Positions 58,546 to 64,000 of a DNA stretch of 64,000 nucleotides are shown piece after piece; the stretch's first letter is position 1, and each line of letters starts with the position of its first letter. Both the position numbers and the translations under genes were made by a program. The notes under the pieces were generated by a model, which saw nothing but the letters and a program-made list of their open reading frames with translations, had not been told where the DNA came from and searched no databases. The DNA is from Candidatus Latescibacterota bacterium (lineage in GTDB: Bacteria > Latescibacterota > UBA2968 > GCA-2709665): contig CBDDDZ010000005.1 of assembly GCA_965226795.1 (NCBI GenBank), positions 1,792,001-1,856,000 of the forward strand. The letters run 5' to 3'.

Positions 58546-59232
58546 TTACTCTTTCGTTTTTGCCGTATCCGCGGCAACATCCAGATCCAGCTTCAGCGGC
58601 CCCGAAGTATCCCGCCTGGCATCGATCAGAACCGGCATCGCTTGTGGTGCAACGGCAGGGACGGCCTCACCCACATCGATGTCCGGTCCCGTACTGTCCG
58701 CTGCCGCGGGCTCCGGCTTCCGACCCCAGAAGTCGGGCGTTGCATTCAGATAGTAAGTAATGTTGTTATCGGTCAGATATACCGCGTCTTCGGACGCCAG
58801 GCGCACGTAATTCTTGCTCCAATCCCGCCTGGACTGTCCAAACACAAAACCGGCCAGTTCCGCGCCGCCCGCGTTCCTGACGGTCAACTGAATGCCGCTT
58901 GAATCGTCTACCGAATACACGTCCCACCGGTCCACGCTTCTGGTCATCAGGGTTGTGCGCTCGACCTTCAATACCCTGTCGAGCAAATTGTCAATCGGCG
59001 CCTCCCGGACCTCCAGTGAATCGTGGCCCACGAGCCGCCACACGTCGCCGTCGAGGCGCAGTTCTACGCGTTCTGCACCGCGTTCGATCATGAACTGCTG
59101 AACGTCGTCCCGGCTTCCTTCAAAAATCGGCGTACCCGCAGCCGTATACCTGCTCTTGGAAAACTGAACGTAAGCGACGCCGGCGGCAAGCGCCAGAATC
59201 ACAATCAGCCATACCCTCGCCTGTTTAGCCAT
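58546..59232 (-). CDS. DUF4340 domain protein
   Basis: N-terminal TM, VELRLDGDVWRL and NYVRLASEDAVYL; last gene of the Gld ABC module. Confidence 0.75.
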   Translation of the reverse strand: MAKQARVWLIVILALAAGVAYVQFSKSRYTAAGTPIFEGSRDDVQQFMIERGAERVELRLDGDVWRLVGHDSLEVREAPIDNLLDRVLKVERTTLMTRSVDRWDVYSVDDSSGIQLTVRNAGGAELAGFVFGQSRRDWSKNYVRLASEDAVYLTDNNITYYLNATPDFWGRKPEPAAADSTGPDIDVGEAVPAVAPQAMPVLIDARRDTSGPLKLDLDVAADTAKTKE

Positions 59233-60727
59233 ATTGCTCCTCCAACATCCTTGCACGCCCGGCTTCCCGCCGCCATCGAAGCAGACCGTACGCGACGATG
59301 AGAACCGGCGGCAGCAATACATTCAACCATTTCCAACGCGCCTTCTCCGCGTCGTCGAGTTCCATCAGAGGCCGTGTTGTAATCTCCCGCGAGCGGAGTG
59401 CCACCAGATCGCTATCGCCCATCAGGAAATCGACGACATTGGCAATAAACACGAAATTCTCCTGAAAAGTACCCCCGGATTCGTCGTCGAACAACCCGGA
59501 ATCGCCCACCAGAACCACCTGGCTCATTCCCTGCGCGCCATCCCGCCGCGCCAGCGCTCCTACAACCTTCCCCGATTGATTCAATGTGTTGAAGAACGGA
59601 TTCTCCATAGGCTGTAGATTGAAGAATCCGGTCATCACACCGGATCGGTCAGACGTATACATCAACGGCGTTGTCTGCGCGGCGCCCGCGGCCGAATCGG
59701 CCAGCGCAATCTCGCTGCTGAAAAGCAGGCGCACCTGCTCGAGTCCGCCCACCGTCAGGTGCTTGCCGAAGCGGTGTATCACAGGGAAAAACGGATATTG
59801 TAGCTGTGAACTCATTTGAAGAAATCCGTGGCGCTGGCTTATCGTGATCGCGCTGCATCGCTGATCCAGCACCAGATTTTCCTTCAATTGCAGGCCCAAT
59901 GCTTCCAGAAAGTCAAATAGATTCGACTGTATCGCCGTTCCGCGTTGACCGTTCAGGTCACCGGCGACCCGCCCCTGTCCGACAAACAGATTGCCTCCCC
60001 GATTCGCGAACGCCTCGAGGTTCTTGAGTTCATCCTCGCTCAACGAATCCGTCACCCCGCTGATCAACAACAGGCCGATGTCGTCCGGCACCGGGGAGGC
60101 CAGCCTGATGTTTCGAACGAGGTACGACTGCTGGAGCACGGCGGAAATATTCCGAACCCGGGGCGGCTGAGCGCCGATGATCGCAAATGCGACCGCCTGC
60201 TTATCCGTGTCCAGAAGCTTCTTGATCTGTGTGGTGATTTCGTACTCGAGGCCGGTTGTACTCTCAATTACCGGTATCGCCTCGCGACCGTCCCCATACA
60301 GAAACACGATTCCCATGTAGACCCGTTTCACTTCCAGCTTGTCGTTTTCCACCACCTGGAGCTGCACCGGCTGAATTCCGTATTTCCGCGCTTCGTCCGC
60401 CAGTGTCTGATCGTCTTCGGGCCGAAAAAACTCGAACCGCACGCGACCCCCGCCAAACGCTTCGTATTCTTCAAGAATATCCTGCAGGTAGCGCCGGTTG
60501 TTGCCGTACTGACCCGGCAAATTGTCCGTAAAGTAGACCTTCATCGTCAATAAATCTTCTACCTCGTCCACCACCCGTTTGCTGGACTCGGAAAGTGAAT
60601 AAATCCCGTTCGCAGTCAGATCCAACCGAAAAAACAGGTCTCTCGACACGAAGTTCAGGGCCGCGACGATGACGACCGCCAATAGCAGATAGATGGTGAA
60701 CGACCGTCTATTGTGAACCGCAAACAT
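59225..60727 (-). CDS. gldG: GldG-family ABC transporter auxiliary component
   Basis: FRLDLTANGIYSLSESS, GIQPVQ, LEYEITT, VGDSG.F, N.VDFL and LRSR.I..RPL; C-terminal TM. Confidence 0.85.
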   Translation of the reverse strand: MFAVHNRRSFTIYLLLAVVIVAALNFVSRDLFFRLDLTANGIYSLSESSKRVVDEVEDLLTMKVYFTDNLPGQYGNNRRYLQDILEEYEAFGGGRVRFEFFRPEDDQTLADEARKYGIQPVQLQVVENDKLEVKRVYMGIVFLYGDGREAIPVIESTTGLEYEITTQIKKLLDTDKQAVAFAIIGAQPPRVRNISAVLQQSYLVRNIRLASPVPDDIGLLLISGVTDSLSEDELKNLEAFANRGGNLFVGQGRVAGDLNGQRGTAIQSNLFDFLEALGLQLKENLVLDQRCSAITISQRHGFLQMSSQLQYPFFPVIHRFGKHLTVGGLEQVRLLFSSEIALADSAAGAAQTTPLMYTSDRSGVMTGFFNLQPMENPFFNTLNQSGKVVGALARRDGAQGMSQVVLVGDSGLFDDESGGTFQENFVFIANVVDFLMGDSDLVALRSREITTRPLMELDDAEKARWKWLNVLLPPVLIVAYGLLRWRREAGRARMLEEQYG

Positions 60728-60730
60728 TGA

Positions 60731-61444
60731 CTACCTCCACTTTCTCATCTCCAGAACCCGCAGGGTGAGCGCCAGAAACAACCAGATCATTCCCGCGAAA
60801 TAGATAAGATTCCTGGAATCCACGACGCCCCGCGCAATATTCGACAAGTGATAGTCCACACTCATATATTGCGCAATAGTCGCCAGCCCCGCCGGTATGA
60901 AAAGCAGCAGCTTGTCCAGCAGGAAAAACACCATGATAATTGCGATCGCAATAATCAATGAAACCACCTGGTTCTCTGTCAGGCTGCTTGCAAACGTGCC
61001 CACGGCCGCGTAAAACGCGCCCACGAGGACAAGACCCACGTATCCCGTAATCACCGCACCGACATCCACGTGCGTCCCCACGGCCAGGAGCGTGAGAAAA
61101 TGCACCAGCGTAAACAGCAGCCCCACCACGATCAGGCTCACCGCCGCCACGTATTTTCCCGTGACGAATTCAACGTCCTGGATGGGCATGGTAGCCAACA
61201 CTTCCATGGTTCCCAGGTTCTTCTCCTTCGCGATCAGTCCCATGGAAATAGCCGGTACGAAAAACAGGTAGACCAACGGTACGATGTTAAAGAGGGCACG
61301 CATATCGGACTGTCCGATAAGGAAGAATGTACTCGTGAAAAAGTACCCGCTCAAAACCGCGAATATCACCAGAAAAATGTAGGCCATGGGGCTGTTGAAG
61401 TAGGAACGCAGTTCTTTCAGATAGATCGCCTTCGCATTACGCAT
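60731..61444 (-). CDS. gldF: GldF-family ABC permease
   Basis: KELRSYFNSPMAY, PAISM..AKEK..GTMEVL.T.P, SSLTENQ and RGVVD. Confidence 0.88.
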   Translation of the reverse strand: MRNAKAIYLKELRSYFNSPMAYIFLVIFAVLSGYFFTSTFFLIGQSDMRALFNIVPLVYLFFVPAISMGLIAKEKNLGTMEVLATMPIQDVEFVTGKYVAAVSLIVVGLLFTLVHFLTLLAVGTHVDVGAVITGYVGLVLVGAFYAAVGTFASSLTENQVVSLIIAIAIIMVFFLLDKLLLFIPAGLATIAQYMSVDYHLSNIARGVVDSRNLIYFAGMIWLFLALTLRVLEMRKWR

Positions 61445-62381
61445 TGGACGCCCCCTCACCGGTGAGATTCCTGAAAACGTCCTCCAGCTGAACTCGAACC
61501 TGGCTCATTTCAAGAATCACCCATCCATGGTCTTTGGCATAGTGAAAGATCCGCTCCCGGGGATCCGTGTCGCGGTCGTATTCCAGAAAGAGCGTTCGAG
61601 ATCCGTTGTTTTCGGCGGTGCCAGTTAGCGCGACCCCATGCAGTTGTTCAGGCAGCCCCTGCACGCTCTCGTCTTCGGCCTTTCTGACCTCCAGCGTTAA
61701 CTGTGTCTGTCCCCTGAAGCTGGACATCAGTTCCTCCCGCAGGCCGTCCGCGACGATTTCTCCATGGTGAATGATGATGACGCGGTCCACCGTCGCTTCG
61801 ATTTCCTGCAGGATGTGGCTTGACATGATCAGTGTCTTCTCACGCCCAAGAGACCGGATCAACTCGCGGATTTCCACAATCTGGTTGGGGTCCAGCCCCG
61901 TCACCGGTTCGTCCAGAATCAGAATATCCGGATCGTGAAGTATGGCCGTTGCAAGACCGATCCGCTGTTTATACCCCTTGGAACACTCCTGCACCGCCCT
62001 GTGAACCACGCCGGCAAGCCCGCACTGCTCGACAACCCGCTCCAGCGCCTGACGGAACGCCCGGCCCTCCATGCGTCGAATCGTCGCAATGAACTCGAGC
62101 AGGTCGTAAACGATCATTTCACCGTAAAGCGGGTTCAATTCGGGCAGGTACCCGACCCGCTTGCGTATCTCCAGGGAATCTTCCACAATATTCATGTCGT
62201 CCACAAACACATTGCCGGCGGTTGCCGACAGATACCCCGTCATTACCTTCAGCGTGGTTGACTTCCCGGCCCCGTTCTCGCCCAGAAATCCCAGAATCTC
62301 TCCATCGTTAACCTGGAAACTGATATCCCGAACGGCCCGGACGTCACCGTAATTCTTGACAAGATTTTCCACCCGGATCAT
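61437..62381 (-). CDS. gldA: GldA-family ABC ATP-binding protein
   Basis: GENGAGKST, SKGYKQRIGLA, ILDEPVTGLDPNQI and SSHILQE. Confidence 0.88.
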   Translation of the reverse strand: MIRVENLVKNYGDVRAVRDISFQVNDGEILGFLGENGAGKSTTLKVMTGYLSATAGNVFVDDMNIVEDSLEIRKRVGYLPELNPLYGEMIVYDLLEFIATIRRMEGRAFRQALERVVEQCGLAGVVHRAVQECSKGYKQRIGLATAILHDPDILILDEPVTGLDPNQIVEIRELIRSLGREKTLIMSSHILQEIEATVDRVIIIHHGEIVADGLREELMSSFRGQTQLTLEVRKAEDESVQGLPEQLHGVALTGTAENNGSRTLFLEYDRDTDPRERIFHYAKDHGWVILEMSQVRVQLEDVFRNLTGEGASNA

Positions 62382-62597
62382 TCACGTTCCTCCTTCAACC
62401 CATGGTGCCCGGAAAACACTAAGCGCATCTGAATTCGACCAAAAAAATAAATAAAAAAAGCCGAAGCGTGTCAAGCCCCTTCTCAGAAAAAAACGCACTT
62501 GCGCGCCTCCCCTGCGCTGCACGCGGGGAGGCCCTGCTCACCGTAACCCGCTGAACAGCTAGCGCGACGACGATTTGGTGACAGCGCTTAATTTTCC

Positions 62598-62626
62598 TTG
62601 ACACGCTATTAAAAATCCTGTACTTT
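62598..62626 (+). promoter_or_regulatory. Sigma70-type promoter of the ilvN-leuA operon
   Basis: TTGACA-17 nt-TACTTT. Confidence 0.7.
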
Positions 62627-62675
62627 TTGTGTTTTAAGATACAGGATGGTCGGATCCTTATCGGAGAGTGCTACG

Positions 62676-62940
62676 ATGAATCCTTATGCTTTAACCTACA
62701 CGCCGGCGTCCTCCGGTGCCAGCCCCTTTCCGGTCCTGCACCCTTCCATTGCGGCCACCGTCGCACGTGCGGAATTTCTTATCCTCCCCGCATCCTCAAG
62801 CCTCTTATTGTCCGCCATCCTTCTGGACAATTGAACGCACAAAAGAGGCTCTCTTCCACGTCGAATCCCCTGAAAAATCAAAGAACGCCGATCCCGGAAC
62901 GAGCCTCTCGGGCAATCGCGAGGTCCTTGCCCTGTCATAT
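62676..62940 (+). promoter_or_regulatory. Putative Leu/Ile leader peptide (62676-62834) and attenuator
   Basis: ORF with a GGAGAG RBS ending [19 protein letters not shown]; downstream AGAGGCTC/GAGCCTCT and GGGCAA/TTGCCC stems. Confidence 0.55.
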
Positions 62941-62961
62941 CTTTGCCAAGAGGAACGAACA

Positions 62962-63519
62962 ATGCCAATAAGACACACGATTTCCGCGCTGGTCGAAAAC
63001 CACTTCGGTGTTCTATGCCGCATCTCCGGCCTTTTCTCCAGCCGAGGGTTCAACATCGACAGCCTCTCGGTGGGTGAAACCGAAGACGCCACCGTTTCCC
63101 GCATGACCATTGTCGTGAGGGGCGACGACCGAGTGCTGGAGCAAGTCGTCAAGCAACTCAACCGACTCGTGGACGTCATCCGGGTCATTGACATCACACA
63201 GGGTGAATTCGTAGAACGCGAACTGGCGCTCATAAACGTGAAATCCCAAACCGATACACGATCCGAAATCATCCAGATCGCGGAGATATTCCGGGCAGGC
63301 GTGGTGGATGTCAGTATCAGCTCAATGACCATCGAAGTCACCGGAAAAGAGGACAAAATCGCAGCCATAATCAACATGCTGCGGGACTACGGGATCAACG
63401 AAATCGCCAGGACTGGCACGGTCGCGCTTCTCCGCGACTCCCAGAAGAAAAACGCAGAGGATGGAAATCAGCATAGCGCCCCGCCAGCCGGAGAACGATC
63501 AACAGAATGTACGGCGTGA
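62962..63519 (+). CDS. ilvN: Acetolactate synthase small (regulatory) subunit
   Basis: [53 protein letters not shown] and EIARTG. Confidence 0.96.
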   Translation: MPIRHTISALVENHFGVLCRISGLFSSRGFNIDSLSVGETEDATVSRMTIVVRGDDRVLEQVVKQLNRLVDVIRVIDITQGEFVERELALINVKSQTDTRSEIIQIAEIFRAGVVDVSISSMTIEVTGKEDKIAAIINMLRDYGINEIARTGTVALLRDSQKKNAEDGNQHSAPPAGERSTECTA

Positions 63520-63647
63520 CGGATTCCGCTCTCATCCCGAATCGGACGTACTCGGGCGCCACATGGCGCTCGCTGCGAAGCCGCAAGGTCGGAGGGTTCC
63601 TGCGGCCACCAGTTGCCTGCTCCGGACGAAGGAGGAGATAGCACCCT

Positions 63648-64000
63648 ATGAATAATCGAGACCGTGTCGTCATCTTCGACACCACATTGCGCGACGCCGA
63701 ACAGACACCCGGCGCGAAACTTTCGGTACGCGAGAAAATCGAAATCGCCCAGCAACTCGGCAGGCTGAACGTAGACGTCATTGAAGCAGGTTTCCCGATC
63801 TCCTCGGATGAGGACTTTGAAGCGGTACGGCGAATCGGACAGGAAGTCGAGGGTCCGACCGTGTGCGGCCTCTCCAGGGCCGTGATGAAGGATATCGACC
63901 GGGCCGGCGAAGCGCTCAGGGGTGCGGCCAGACCCAGAATCCACACCTTCATCGGCACCTCACCGAACCATATCACCATGGTCGGAAAATCCGCCGACGA
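63648..64000 (+). CDS. leuA: 2-isopropylmalate synthase, 3'-truncated by the window edge (absent from the ORF track)
   Basis: Translated manually: [54 protein letters not shown]. Confidence 0.93.
   Translation, partial: MNNRDRVVIFDTTLRDAEQTPGAKLSVREKIEIAQQLGRLNVDVIEAGFPISSDEDFEAVRRIGQEVEGPTVCGLSRAVMKDIDRAGEALRGAARPRIHTFIGTSPNHITMVGKSAD

Overview
This is a GC-rich bacterial chromosomal window made up mostly of housekeeping and envelope genes. The porX-tsaE pair, long-form ispG and gldAFG-DUF4340 module suggest an FCB-superphylum organism; this is inference only. In order, it holds: a partial CysE-like acyltransferase; a polysaccharide cluster (DUF3047, GT4, flippase, GT2); ogg; an ABC exporter plus DUF1854; a Rieske-helical protein; an orphan RND permease and queC; a LivJ-type binding protein; a KamA radical SAM; UPF0182-murQ; a ClpX-like ATPase divergent from rqcH; histidine kinase-porX-tsaE-beta-barrel; rpsU-cvpA-mutS2-ispG-dnaG-tRNA-Ile2(CAU); a decaying defence islet (GmrSD, RelE-UvrD helicase, Cas4-like nuclease) bounded by direct repeats; serpin, VOC, Gfo/Idh/MocA, ankyrin and lipoprotein genes; HU/IHF; an NT5C3-like nucleotidase; a small transcription unit with an 11-codon ORF; an ECF sigma factor; transglutaminase-like, DegT and M28 genes; the Gld ABC module; and an attenuated ilvN-leuA operon. 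The most striking signal is 50846..52213, an ECF sigma factor fused in frame to domains II+III of a DNA polymerase III beta sliding clamp with the peptide-pocket motifs largely retained. No CRISPR array, integrase or transposase was seen. All family calls come from motif recognition by eye; no searches were run.
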